Virus record (IMG/VR): IMGVR_UViG_3300043570_001980
Location: 277,991-341,990 of that record
Length of the DNA stretch: 64,000 nucleotides
Strand: one strand, 5' to 3'
Shown here: positions 9,827 to 18,546 of the stretch, one piece after another
How the letters are laid out: each line of letters opens with the position of its first letter
Position numbering within the stretch: position 1 is the first letter of the stretch
Notes under the pieces: model-generated
Told to the model about the DNA's origin: nothing
The model's input: the letters and a program-made list of their open reading frames with translations, nothing else
Databases searched by the model: none
Translations under genes and position numbers: made by a program

Positions 9827-10465
9827 ATGAAACAAGACTGGTTAGAGTTTTACCGAAAAAACTATTACAATTTATTAAACCCACGTGTTAGCGCAATAAA
9901 GCGAGGGTTAGTCGATGGCTTATATCAAAGAGCACACGGATTTAACATTATGTTTGCTGAACTGGTAACACGCGGTCAAGATCAGTATCATATAATTGAA
10001 ACTGGCACTCTACGAAATCCCGGAAACTGGAAAGACGGCCAGAGTGCAAAATTATTCACTGAATTTGTGGACATTCACAACGGATCTGTAAGGTCAGTAG
10101 ATATTGATCCGGGTGCATGTTCCTCAGCATCAGCCGCAATACGGTCCAAGAACTTTACAGTTACCTGTAGTGACAGCGTAACTTGGTTAAGCAAACAACC
10201 AGATTTATCTACAGTTGATTTGTTCTACTTAGATTCGTGGGACGTCAAGTGGGAAAATGATCTGGACAGCGCCGAGCACCATTTAAGCGAATTTAAGGCA
10301 ATTGAACCTTACTTGAAATCTGGATGTATTGTGGCCATAGATGACAACAGTAGATTCAAAAACACAAACCAAAGAACTGGCAAAGGTCGTAGGATTGTTG
10401 AATACCTTGAGTCAAAAGGTAAACACCCTGTATACGACGAATACCAAATAATTTATAAGTTTTAA
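9827..10465 (+). CDS. Methyltransferase-fold protein (Methyltransf_24-like)
   Basis: IIETGT, SVDID, DLFYLDS, VAIDDN, GKG. Confidence 0.7.
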   Translation: MKQDWLEFYRKNYYNLLNPRVSAIKRGLVDGLYQRAHGFNIMFAELVTRGQDQYHIIETGTLRNPGNWKDGQSAKLFTEFVDIHNGSVRSVDIDPGACSSASAAIRSKNFTVTCSDSVTWLSKQPDLSTVDLFYLDSWDVKWENDLDSAEHHLSEFKAIEPYLKSGCIVAIDDNSRFKNTNQRTGKGRRIVEYLESKGKHPVYDEYQIIYKF

Positions 10466-10466
10466 A

Positions 10467-11258
10467 ATGATCATCGATACCTTATTGTTTAACAACGAAT
10501 TTGACATGCTAGACATACATCTAGCCATTACCAACCACTATGTAGATCGCTGGATAGTGTTGGAAGCAAGTAGAACATTCAGTGGCATTGAAAAACCCTA
10601 CCACCTGACTGACAATTTGAAAAAGTACAATGAAAAGTATCCGGGAAGAATACAAGTAATTCAACAACCACTGACTGCTGATCAAACCAACCTAATCTGC
10701 GAAACCACAATGAGACAAGGATTTAAAACTGCACTCAGCAGTTGCAGTTTGGATGATATTGTTATTCACGGAGACCTTGACGAAGTCATTGATCCAACCA
10801 AGTGGAGTAAAATTCTTAATCAGATGGATCAACATAATCGGCCAGTGAGTTGTGGATTTGATATGTATATGTACCGAGTTGATCAACGTGCAGATCGTGG
10901 CTGGAAAGGTAGTGTAGTTGCCAGGCGGCGCATGTTTGAAACACCACATGACTTATACAAAGGCGACCGAGCAGTGGTCAAAAGAAAAAACCGCAATCAT
11001 TGTGTTGGCATAAACGAATCAGTTGGTTGGCATTGGACCTGGATGGGCAGTGACGATCTAATAAAAAACAAAGTGATTAGCTGTATTGAAAGTCAGCACA
11101 GAGATCCCGAACAAGTACTACATGCTTTTAAACAGTTAGACACAATATCAGCTATCAATCACAAGTGTACTACTCATGTTGTGCCTACTGTGTATCCTGA
11201 TCCTGTACAACAAGTATTACAACAATATCCACACTTCTGGCATAACCCACCTTTATGA
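10467..11258 (+). CDS. GT17-family glycosyltransferase (beta-1,4-GlcNAc-transferase-like)
   Basis: FNNEFDML, VLEASRTFSGIEKP, GDLDEV, GWHWTW. Confidence 0.8.
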   Translation: MIIDTLLFNNEFDMLDIHLAITNHYVDRWIVLEASRTFSGIEKPYHLTDNLKKYNEKYPGRIQVIQQPLTADQTNLICETTMRQGFKTALSSCSLDDIVIHGDLDEVIDPTKWSKILNQMDQHNRPVSCGFDMYMYRVDQRADRGWKGSVVARRRMFETPHDLYKGDRAVVKRKNRNHCVGINESVGWHWTWMGSDDLIKNKVISCIESQHRDPEQVLHAFKQLDTISAINHKCTTHVVPTVYPDPVQQVLQQYPHFWHNPPL

Positions 11259-11974
11259 CCACAGTTGACTGTGCATGTTTGATACATGGAGACAAATATA
11301 ACTGGTCCTATGTTGATACTTTATACCATATGATCTGTAGAAACGTCAGCATGGACGTACGGTTTCATGTTTACACAGAAGCTTCTCGTGGTGTACCGTC
11401 ACCTTTTATCAAACACGAATTAATAGATTGGCCAGGAGTTTCTGGACCTAGACAAAGTTGGTGGTACAAGTTACAACTTTTTAACCCTGAACATTTTCAA
11501 GGCAGAATGTTGTACCTAGATCTTGACACCGTTATATTTGAAAACATAGACTGTTTATGGAGCGATAGTAGCAAGTATTTTTGGACAATTAAAGATTTTA
11601 AATACCTATGGCGTGATTGGGCAGGAATTAACTCAAGTTTAATGCTTTGGGACACAGTTAAATTTAGCTACATCTGGAACGATTTTTTGACACAAGATCT
11701 GTCAGACGTAATAAAAAAATACCCAGGAGACCAAGATTATTTGTCCGCAATATTAAACCCAAGAGACATACGGTTTTTTGACAGTAATTTAATTAAAAGC
11801 TGGCGCTGGCAGTTGTTGGACGGAGGACTTGATTTTAAAACAAGAAAATACCGTCGACCAGGCGCAGGCACATTGTTAGACCCCACAACACGTATTGCTA
11901 TTTTTCACGGAAATCCCAAACCTCATGAAATTACTGACCCGGTTGTGCAGAAGTTCTGGATCAAGTATAAATAA
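11255..11974 (+). CDS. GT-A (GT8-like) glycosyltransferase
   Basis: GDKY, WWYKLQLF, LYLDLD, NSSLM, GDQDY, FHGNPKP. Confidence 0.8.
   Translation: MTTVDCACLIHGDKYNWSYVDTLYHMICRNVSMDVRFHVYTEASRGVPSPFIKHELIDWPGVSGPRQSWWYKLQLFNPEHFQGRMLYLDLDTVIFENIDCLWSDSSKYFWTIKDFKYLWRDWAGINSSLMLWDTVKFSYIWNDFLTQDLSDVIKKYPGDQDYLSAILNPRDIRFFDSNLIKSWRWQLLDGGLDFKTRKYRRPGAGTLLDPTTRIAIFHGNPKPHEITDPVVQKFWIKYK
11966..11973 (+). promoter_or_regulatory. Late promoter TATAAATA
   Basis: Perfect T4 late consensus, followed by GGAG SD and ATG 11995. Confidence 0.75.
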
Positions 11975-11994
11975 CTATAATTGGAGATAACACA

Positions 11995-12561
11995 ATGGCT
12001 ACACGCACATTTAAGTTTTATGGCAAAGCATTCACTACAGGTGGTCCTGTAACAGTGAGTTTAAATTTTAACAATCAACCAGTGTTTACAGGCGCTGTTT
12101 CTGCATCAACAGGAGCAACCCCTGGGAATAATAACGAAGGCCTATCAGAACTGTTTACATTTGAAGCAGACACTTCTGTATATGGTGACATTCCTTTGAC
12201 TTTAACTGTGACCGGTGGTGATTTATTCTACGGCAGAATTACTGCTAATTACGGCGGCGACGTATACACAGTAGATCCAAGTCGTTTACCAGACAGAAAC
12301 AATCCCGACTCTATTCCTGCTGGACCAATTTTTAGTGCTGATGATCCAGGAAGAACCTTTGTAACTGCATCTGTGGATAATTATGTACCAGTAGATTATA
12401 ATGTCACCGATGGAAGAGAAAACGTTCAGATTAACGGAGTAGCGGTTCCTGATAAAAATCCAACTGACCCTGCACAAGTTGGTAGATGGCAATATTTAAT
12501 TACTAACGAAAGCACATTGACTTGCACACAGAAAGTTGTTAGGGCATTGCCTATTGAATAA
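11995..12561 (+). CDS. Hypothetical beta-rich protein, probably a virion component
   Basis: T/G/V-rich 188 aa with its own late promoter and terminator. Confidence 0.55.
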   Translation: MATRTFKFYGKAFTTGGPVTVSLNFNNQPVFTGAVSASTGATPGNNNEGLSELFTFEADTSVYGDIPLTLTVTGGDLFYGRITANYGGDVYTVDPSRLPDRNNPDSIPAGPIFSADDPGRTFVTASVDNYVPVDYNVTDGRENVQINGVAVPDKNPTDPAQVGRWQYLITNESTLTCTQKVVRALPIE

Positions 12562-12562
12562 A

Positions 12563-12663
12563 TGCTTAAAAATTAAGCAGTTTTCTTATCAAACCCTACT
12601 ACTAGTAGGGTTTTTCTTTTGTTGCACAAAAACAACACCCAAAAACTGCTTAAAAAATAGGCA
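12563..12663. promoter_or_regulatory. Palindromic operator-like sites
   Basis: TGCTTAA-AAA-TTAAGCA (12563-12579), near copy TGCTTAAAAAATAGGCA (12647-12663), TGTTG-N8-CAACA (12620-12637). Confidence 0.5.
12591..12620 (+). terminator. Rho-independent terminator
   Basis: AAACCCTACT-ACT-AGTAGGGTTT followed by a T tract. Confidence 0.85.
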
Positions 12664-12674
12664 AAAAATCCTGG

Positions 12675-12703
12675 TTGACCATTAAATAGGGTTTTGCTAT
12701 AAT
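12675..12703 (+). promoter_or_regulatory. Early sigma70-type promoter
   Basis: TTGACC-17-TATAAT with TTTGC extended -10. Confidence 0.85.
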
Positions 12704-12766
12704 TATACAATAATAAGTAGCAAGGAATACAAGTTTTGTATTGTTTGCAACAAGATCAACTAACAG

Positions 12767-12795
12767 TTGACCGGTAATTCACAGTTTGCTATAAT
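12767..12795 (+). promoter_or_regulatory. Early sigma70-type promoter (tandem)
   Basis: TTGACC-17-TATAAT with TTTGC extended -10. Confidence 0.85.
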
Positions 12796-12828
12796 ATAGC
12801 ATAACTTAACAAAACAGGAGCCAGATCA

Positions 12829-13860
12829 ATGACGCAAGTACTCGTTCGTAGCGGTAACTACCGCAAACAAACTGTTCGTGGTGTTACTTTTACACTAGTT
12901 AAAGACTACACACAAGGCGCTCGAGGTGGCTTTGTGACAGTAGAAAGCAATGGCTACTTTGGCGCAGAACACAATGTGGTACGCATCAAAGTTGATAGCA
13001 TTCAAGATATAGAAATTGTTGGAGATAACATGCCCAGTGTAAAAGAAACTAAGGTAGTAGAATTTAAACATACTGCTCCGGTGGAAACCGAAGAGCAAGC
13101 AATGGATCGTATTCGTGAGCGATTTGATATCCTGCACGACATGACCAAAGCCTGTGTCAGCGGCGATATCCGTGCTATGATTGTGAGCGGCCCACCCGGC
13201 GTAGGCAAAAGCTTTGGTGTGGAGCAAGAAATTGACAAGGCCTGCTTGTTTGACAAATTGGCTAGCAAACGACTTCGTGCCGAGGTAGTTAAAGGTAGTG
13301 CCACTCCAATTGGTTTGTATCAAACACTTTACAAATTTAGTGACGCCAATTGCGTAGTTGTTTTTGACGACTGTGACAGCATCTTGTTAGATGACGTTGC
13401 TCTTAACTTGCTCAAGGGTGCCCTGGACTCCGGCAAGAAGCGTACTATTTCATGGCTGTCAGAGTCTAGTGCTTTGCGTCGTGAAGGTATCCCAGACCGT
13501 TTTGAGTTTAAAGGTAGTGTTATCTTTATTACAAACTTAAAGTTTGACCAAATGAAATCGCAAAAATTGCGGGATCACTTGGACGCATTGCAAAGTCGTT
13601 GCCACTATCTGGACTTGACCCTGGACACCATGCGTGACAAACTGTTGCGCATCAAACAGATTGCCAAAGATGGTGTGTTGTTTGCAGACTACGACTTTAA
13701 CGAGTATGCACAAGATGACATTATTGACTTTATGCATGTCAACAAAGAACGCCTGCGTGAGGTAAGTCTGCGTATGGCGCTGAAGATTGCAGACTTGCGC
13801 AAGAGCTTTCCTAACAACTGGAAGCGCATGAGCGAGACAACATGTATGAAGAGTGCCTAA
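12829..13860 (+). CDS. AAA+ P-loop ATPase with a small N-terminal beta domain
   Basis: Walker A GPPGVGKS, Walker B VVVFDDCD, FITN sensor 1, ALQSR arginine finger; SD AGGAG. Confidence 0.85.
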   Translation: MTQVLVRSGNYRKQTVRGVTFTLVKDYTQGARGGFVTVESNGYFGAEHNVVRIKVDSIQDIEIVGDNMPSVKETKVVEFKHTAPVETEEQAMDRIRERFDILHDMTKACVSGDIRAMIVSGPPGVGKSFGVEQEIDKACLFDKLASKRLRAEVVKGSATPIGLYQTLYKFSDANCVVVFDDCDSILLDDVALNLLKGALDSGKKRTISWLSESSALRREGIPDRFEFKGSVIFITNLKFDQMKSQKLRDHLDALQSRCHYLDLTLDTMRDKLLRIKQIAKDGVLFADYDFNEYAQDDIIDFMHVNKERLREVSLRMALKIADLRKSFPNNWKRMSETTCMKSA

Positions 13861-13877
13861 TTAGCAGGTAAGGTTAC

Positions 13878-13913
13878 CGGATCATCATTTTAGTCTAGCT
13901 CCTAGATGATCCG
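13878..13913 (+). ncRNA. Candidate structured 3'-UTR RNA carrying an anti-Shine-Dalgarno-like sequence
   Basis: Stem CGGATCATC / GATGATCCG encloses TCTAGCTCCT, the reverse complement of AGGAGCTAGA; function is inferred. Confidence 0.4.
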
Positions 13914-13916
13914 TTT

Positions 13917-13945
13917 AAGGGGTACCTTAGGGTACCTCTTTTTTT
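13917..13945 (+). terminator. Rho-independent terminator
   Basis: AAGGGGTACC-TTAG-GGTACCTCTT followed by a T tract. Confidence 0.85.
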
Positions 13946-13984
13946 ATTTGTATGTGTTGACGAGTGCCGTAAATACAAAATCTT

Positions 13985-14515
13985 ATGAATATTACGTTTG
14001 AAAAACATCCTAAAGTATGGCGACACCCAAATTGGGGAAGACTACAGCTACGACTATTTGCAGAGGAGTGCAAAATTCGCAGGGAAAAGAACATTGAGGA
14101 TTATATCATTAACAATGGTATCAGCAAAGTTCATGTACTCAAAGATAATAAAATATTGGATAAGTTTTTTGATAAACACAATGTTCAACTGGTATCACCA
14201 GGTGACGCTGAACTAGTTGTCATCACTGACCAACGATTTAGCAGGCTCACAGTAAAAAATATGATTACAGAACTAAATTTGTTATTGGATTTATGTCCTA
14301 GGATTTACTTTTGTTTAAACCGTTATTATTTAAATGCCGCAGAAACATTTGTTGACCCAGGGTTACCTGAGCATTTTGATACAGCTATTGTTAAATGGTT
14401 AGAAAACAATCTTCGAGATACTGTTGTATTAAATCGTAGCGAAATATTTGTCGAAGACGGTAGTTGTTTTACCTGGGTAGTGCCATCATGTGAGTTATTA
14501 TTATGTCGAAAGTAA
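13985..14515 (+). CDS. Hypothetical protein
   Basis: 176-aa ORF preceded by TAAATA at 13970-13975. Confidence 0.65.
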   Translation: MNITFEKHPKVWRHPNWGRLQLRLFAEECKIRREKNIEDYIINNGISKVHVLKDNKILDKFFDKHNVQLVSPGDAELVVITDQRFSRLTVKNMITELNLLLDLCPRIYFCLNRYYLNAAETFVDPGLPEHFDTAIVKWLENNLRDTVVLNRSEIFVEDGSCFTWVVPSCELLLCRK

Positions 14516-15168
14516 TTGGAAAATATGCAGACGCAGTTCTAAGAACAGACTTTAGAACCAGTTACACAAGATGGAAATTTAGCAAACCTAAACATAACTA
14601 TTTTGTAAGAAATCGTCATTCAAAAGAAATCATACTTGACAACTACGACAAGTACATCATTGATCATCTGAGTCCAGGTAAGACTATTACATATGATGGT
14701 GCTGGATATTATCTTGACCCTGCAATTGACAATTTAACAGTAATCGAACTAGTACCTTTGGTACTGTCCTGGTATCCAAAGGCCGTTATTGACACAGGAG
14801 AAGATTCTGTTAAACATTTGTACAACCAAGCTGACAATTTTATTGTTAACAACACCATAAGACTAAGGTGGAAAACATTTGATGAGTATACCGAGTATTG
14901 GCAATTCCAAACTAGGTTCTTTAAGCCAGGCACACAAATATTTTTCTCTTTTAGGGATATCTTTATTTTTCATAATCGATTAAAACACAATTTTAGCATA
15001 TTACTGCAAGCCTGGTTGTTAAGTATGGAACAATACGGATTTAAGTTGTTGTGGGTCAATTATGATCTGATTAAAATAAATGACACTCTTGTTGATTACA
15101 CCTGGCTACCTGAGGTTGATGATATGATCAATGGCAATGTTAAAATACATTGGGAGTATTGTCCGTGA
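14503..15168 (+). CDS. Hypothetical protein (possibly a degenerate methyltransferase fold)
   Basis: 221-aa ORF overlapping the upstream stop; YDGAGYY is a weak motif-I-like segment. Confidence 0.6.
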   Translation: MSKVIGKYADAVLRTDFRTSYTRWKFSKPKHNYFVRNRHSKEIILDNYDKYIIDHLSPGKTITYDGAGYYLDPAIDNLTVIELVPLVLSWYPKAVIDTGEDSVKHLYNQADNFIVNNTIRLRWKTFDEYTEYWQFQTRFFKPGTQIFFSFRDIFIFHNRLKHNFSILLQAWLLSMEQYGFKLLWVNYDLIKINDTLVDYTWLPEVDDMINGNVKIHWEYCP

Positions 15169-15710
15169 ACATTATTTGTTACACAGGAGGAACTTGCGGT
15201 CATGTGTTAGCGGCCATAATAGATTCCACCAACTGCAAATTATCAAAAACAGCAGTTAGGATGCCTGCAGAAAGATGTCGTCTAAATAAACCTCACACCT
15301 TTTTAAATGATTTAGAAAAAACTCAGTATGTACAAAACATTAGTTTAGTGTATAATAGCTTACCCAGTCATGATTTAACCTATCATGTTAGTGCTGGTCA
15401 AGATTTTATTACTGTTACTGTAAATAAATTTGACACAGCATTGTGGGCCGCAGAAAGATTTAAACAGTTGCACAGACCAAATGTGTGGGAAGAGATGCAA
15501 CAGTTTTGCGGTGCAAATGACGTTGCAGGATATGCAAAAACATTAATAGACTACTCTAATATGGTAAAGACACATACAAAAAAGATTGTTACACTTGAAC
15601 GCATACTATCGGGGTATGCCGTTGAGGATCTTGCTAACTATGTAGAATCACCTGAACTGGATAATAACTTTTACCAAGAATGGCTGAAACTACAAAACTA
15701 TGCAGGCTAA
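15165..15710 (+). CDS. Hypothetical protein, P-loop/sulfotransferase-like N-terminus
   Basis: GTG start in a GTGA overlap with GGGAG SD; IICYTGGTCGHVL. Confidence 0.55.
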   Translation: MNIICYTGGTCGHVLAAIIDSTNCKLSKTAVRMPAERCRLNKPHTFLNDLEKTQYVQNISLVYNSLPSHDLTYHVSAGQDFITVTVNKFDTALWAAERFKQLHRPNVWEEMQQFCGANDVAGYAKTLIDYSNMVKTHTKKIVTLERILSGYAVEDLANYVESPELDNNFYQEWLKLQNYAG

Positions 15711-17166
15711 ATTAATAATCAGAGACGAAGTAAATTTAAAGATTGAAGGACTTGATTTAACTGCTAGGCGTGCCTTAGTAAATAAATTCAAGTTTGATGT
15801 TCCTTATGCACGATATCTACCAGCGGTAAGACTGGGCAGATGGGATGGTAAGGTCAGCTTCTTCCAACTAGGTGGCAGTACCTATGTAAATCTACTGCCT
15901 GAGATCATTCCCATCCTAGAAGACTACAACTACGACATTGACGTAGAGGATTTGCGCGAATATCGTACCACCTTTGATTTTACGCTAGTCAAGGAAGATA
16001 CCTTTGCTGAAACAAATTGGCCCAAGAATCATCCGATGGAAGGCCAACCAATTATGTTGCGTGACTATCAGGTAGAGATAGTCAACAACTTTTTACAAAA
16101 CCCACAATGCATACAAGAAGTGGCCACAGGCGCAGGCAAGACAATTATGACTGCGGCTATGAGTTACAGCATACAACAATACGGACGTAGTATTATCATT
16201 GTTCCCAACAAAGACCTAGTGAGACAAACAGAAAAAGATTACATTAATCTTGGACTTGACGTTGGAGTATATTTTGGAGACCGAAAAGAGTATAACAAGA
16301 CACACACAATCTGTACCTGGCAGAGTCTAAACAACATGATGAAGAACACCAAGTCCGGCGAAGCAGAAGTTAGCATTGGGGATTTCATTGAGGGTGTGGT
16401 GTGCGTTATTGTAGATGAAGTACACATGGCCAAAGCAGATGCACTAAAAACGTTGTTGACCAGTGTTATGTCTGAAGTGCCAATTCGGTGGGGATTAACC
16501 GGTACAGTTCCCAAGGAACGATTTGAATTTGAAGCATTGCATGTTAGCCTTGGACCAGTTATTAGTAAGTTGGCCGCCAGTGAATTGCAAGACAGGGGTG
16601 TGCTGGCACAATGTCATGTGAACATTGTACAGCTAGTTGATCATGTTGAATACAGCAATTACCAAAGTGAGTTAAAATACCTACTAGAAGAATCAGGCAG
16701 GCTAGATACAATTGCCAGCTTAGTTAAACAGGTCAACGAGACTGGTAACACATTGGTTCTGGTTGACCGTATCAGTGCAGGACAATCACTGGCCGATCGT
16801 CTTGGGGACAAAGCAGTATTTGTTTCGGGCGCAACCAAAGGTACAAAAAGGCAAGAACACTATGATGAAATTGCAGAATCAACAGGCAAAATTATTGTTG
16901 CCACTTACGGGGTGGCGGCGGTTGGTATTAATATACCACGAATCTTTAACTTGGTGCTGATTGAGCCCGGAAAAAGTTTTGTAAGGGTTATCCAATCAAT
17001 TGGTAGGGGCATTAGAAAAGCAGAAGATAAAGACCATGTTCAAATTTGGGACATAACCAGTACCTGCAAATTTGCAAAGCGGCACATGACCAAACGAAAA
17101 CAGTTTTACAAAGAAGCCAACTACCCATTCTCTGCTGAAAAATTAGAATGGATGACCATCAAGTAA
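15700..17166 (+). CDS. uvsW: UvsW-like superfamily 2 DNA helicase
   Basis: LRDYQ, ATGAGKT, DEVH, GLTGT, QSIGRGIR motifs. Confidence 0.92.
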   Translation: MQAKLIIRDEVNLKIEGLDLTARRALVNKFKFDVPYARYLPAVRLGRWDGKVSFFQLGGSTYVNLLPEIIPILEDYNYDIDVEDLREYRTTFDFTLVKEDTFAETNWPKNHPMEGQPIMLRDYQVEIVNNFLQNPQCIQEVATGAGKTIMTAAMSYSIQQYGRSIIIVPNKDLVRQTEKDYINLGLDVGVYFGDRKEYNKTHTICTWQSLNNMMKNTKSGEAEVSIGDFIEGVVCVIVDEVHMAKADALKTLLTSVMSEVPIRWGLTGTVPKERFEFEALHVSLGPVISKLAASELQDRGVLAQCHVNIVQLVDHVEYSNYQSELKYLLEESGRLDTIASLVKQVNETGNTLVLVDRISAGQSLADRLGDKAVFVSGATKGTKRQEHYDEIAESTGKIIVATYGVAAVGINIPRIFNLVLIEPGKSFVRVIQSIGRGIRKAEDKDHVQIWDITSTCKFAKRHMTKRKQFYKEANYPFSAEKLEWMTIK

Positions 17167-17169
17167 CTG

Positions 17170-17197
17170 TTGACTTTCTGCAATAATACTGTATAAT
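17170..17197 (+). promoter_or_regulatory. Sigma70-type promoter, predicted leaderless mRNA
   Basis: TTGACT-16-TATAAT, ATG 7 nt downstream. Confidence 0.65.
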
Positions 17198-17204
17198 ACT
17201 TACT

Positions 17205-17705
17205 ATGAGAATACTAACACTAGATAATGCCTGCTACGATTTAGACACATTGCCTGACGAAGTCGATGACATGCGTTTTGCAATACTAGATAACAGCGAT
17301 CCATCAAACCCAGATTATCATTATATTCCTTTGATCTTTTTGGAAAGTTTTAATAGTCCAGCACTGGTATTACGTATTGGTGAAAATCAAATTCGTATGC
17401 CAGTTGATTGGCAAATTTTAATTGGAGAACCCGACATAGGAGACCTCGAGGTACTGCCTCTGACGTCTATTAATGATCGTGGCTTCAAAGCCTTCCAGTT
17501 TAACCCACTGACCAGTTTTAGACCTAGTTTTCCTGATATTGAAATCATTGATGTTTACCACGAAGTTGCTTGGTATGCGCCTAAACTCAAGAATGGGCAA
17601 ATGCTAGCAGTTCCAATTCAGGATGGAGAAAATCCTGAGTGCATATATTTTGTAAAGGATGTTAGTCGCAACTGTGAAATTGTTGACTACAACAAAGCTT
17701 GGTAA
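17205..17705 (+). CDS. Hypothetical protein, possible degenerate Hint (intein-like) fold
   Basis: All-beta pattern; LVLRIGENQIRMPVDWQILI resembles intein block B but lacks TxxH. Confidence 0.55.
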   Translation: MRILTLDNACYDLDTLPDEVDDMRFAILDNSDPSNPDYHYIPLIFLESFNSPALVLRIGENQIRMPVDWQILIGEPDIGDLEVLPLTSINDRGFKAFQFNPLTSFRPSFPDIEIIDVYHEVAWYAPKLKNGQMLAVPIQDGENPECIYFVKDVSRNCEIVDYNKAW

Positions 17706-17909
17706 ATGAAACTGTTGATATTACAATTATTAACAAGTTTAACTGCAACCGGAATGATTACATTCACAGTTACTCACATGCACCAAGACTACTTTCACTT
17801 AGAAGCAATACTATGGGCAATACATTGGATAACAGCTTGGCCAATTGCTTTTGTAACCATTCGGTGGATTTCTCCAGTGTACCAAAAATTTATTAATAGG
17901 TTTTATTAA
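17706..17909 (+). CDS. Small membrane protein (DUF2798-like)
   Basis: Two hydrophobic segments, W..AWPIAF motif. Confidence 0.55.
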   Translation: MKLLILQLLTSLTATGMITFTVTHMHQDYFHLEAILWAIHWITAWPIAFVTIRWISPVYQKFINRFY

Positions 17910-18113
17910 ATGGAACAATACAAAGACGAATCAGACAGACCACGAGTGCCGGTTATTCTAAAAAAAGAAATCAACCCCATTGACACTCGGATCGCAGAAC
18001 TAGAAGAAAAACTCAAACAACAGGCCAGCGAAATTGAACGTATTCATCGAGAGCATGGCCGTATGAAAAACCATATTAATATATTGTCAAAGGCAATTGG
18101 TAATGTCAGATAA
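17910..18113 (+). CDS. Small coiled-coil protein
   Basis: Heptad pattern RIAELEEKLKQQASEIERI. Confidence 0.6.
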   Translation: MEQYKDESDRPRVPVILKKEINPIDTRIAELEEKLKQQASEIERIHREHGRMKNHINILSKAIGNVR

Positions 18114-18546
18114 ACTAAACATCAATAATGAAATGCGCCAGCTTGATACCAAGAATCGTAATTTCTATGATAGTTTAACTCCGGAAGAATTAAAAAAGTT
18201 CAGCAACTATCTTATGATACGTTGGGGTAGTAGTGTTGAGGATAGCAGTGAGATACAAGCATACTATGTGCGTAGTTGTAATCATTACTTAAACAAACAT
18301 TTTTTTGCTATAAACAAACATCCCAAACTTCAGTGGTTGTGTGCCACTGCTATTAGTCCTGACCTAGGAACACCACGACATCCTTGGATTGCTCCAAAGA
18401 AAAAAGAAGCAGGTGCTGGAAGTATTAAGAAGCAGTTGGCAGAATTATATCCAACCAAAAAAATGGACGAGATAGAATTGCTTAGTAAGTTAATTACTAA
18501 AAAAGAACTAGATGAATACGTTAAAGATCACGGTCAGGAAAAATGA
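18103..18546 (+). CDS. Clamp-loader small subunit-like protein (T4 gp62-like)
   Basis: FSNYLMIRW..CNHYLN..HPKLQW..RHPWI pattern, in a replication context. Confidence 0.55.
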   Translation: MSDKLNINNEMRQLDTKNRNFYDSLTPEELKKFSNYLMIRWGSSVEDSSEIQAYYVRSCNHYLNKHFFAINKHPKLQWLCATAISPDLGTPRHPWIAPKKKEAGAGSIKKQLAELYPTKKMDEIELLSKLITKKELDEYVKDHGQEK

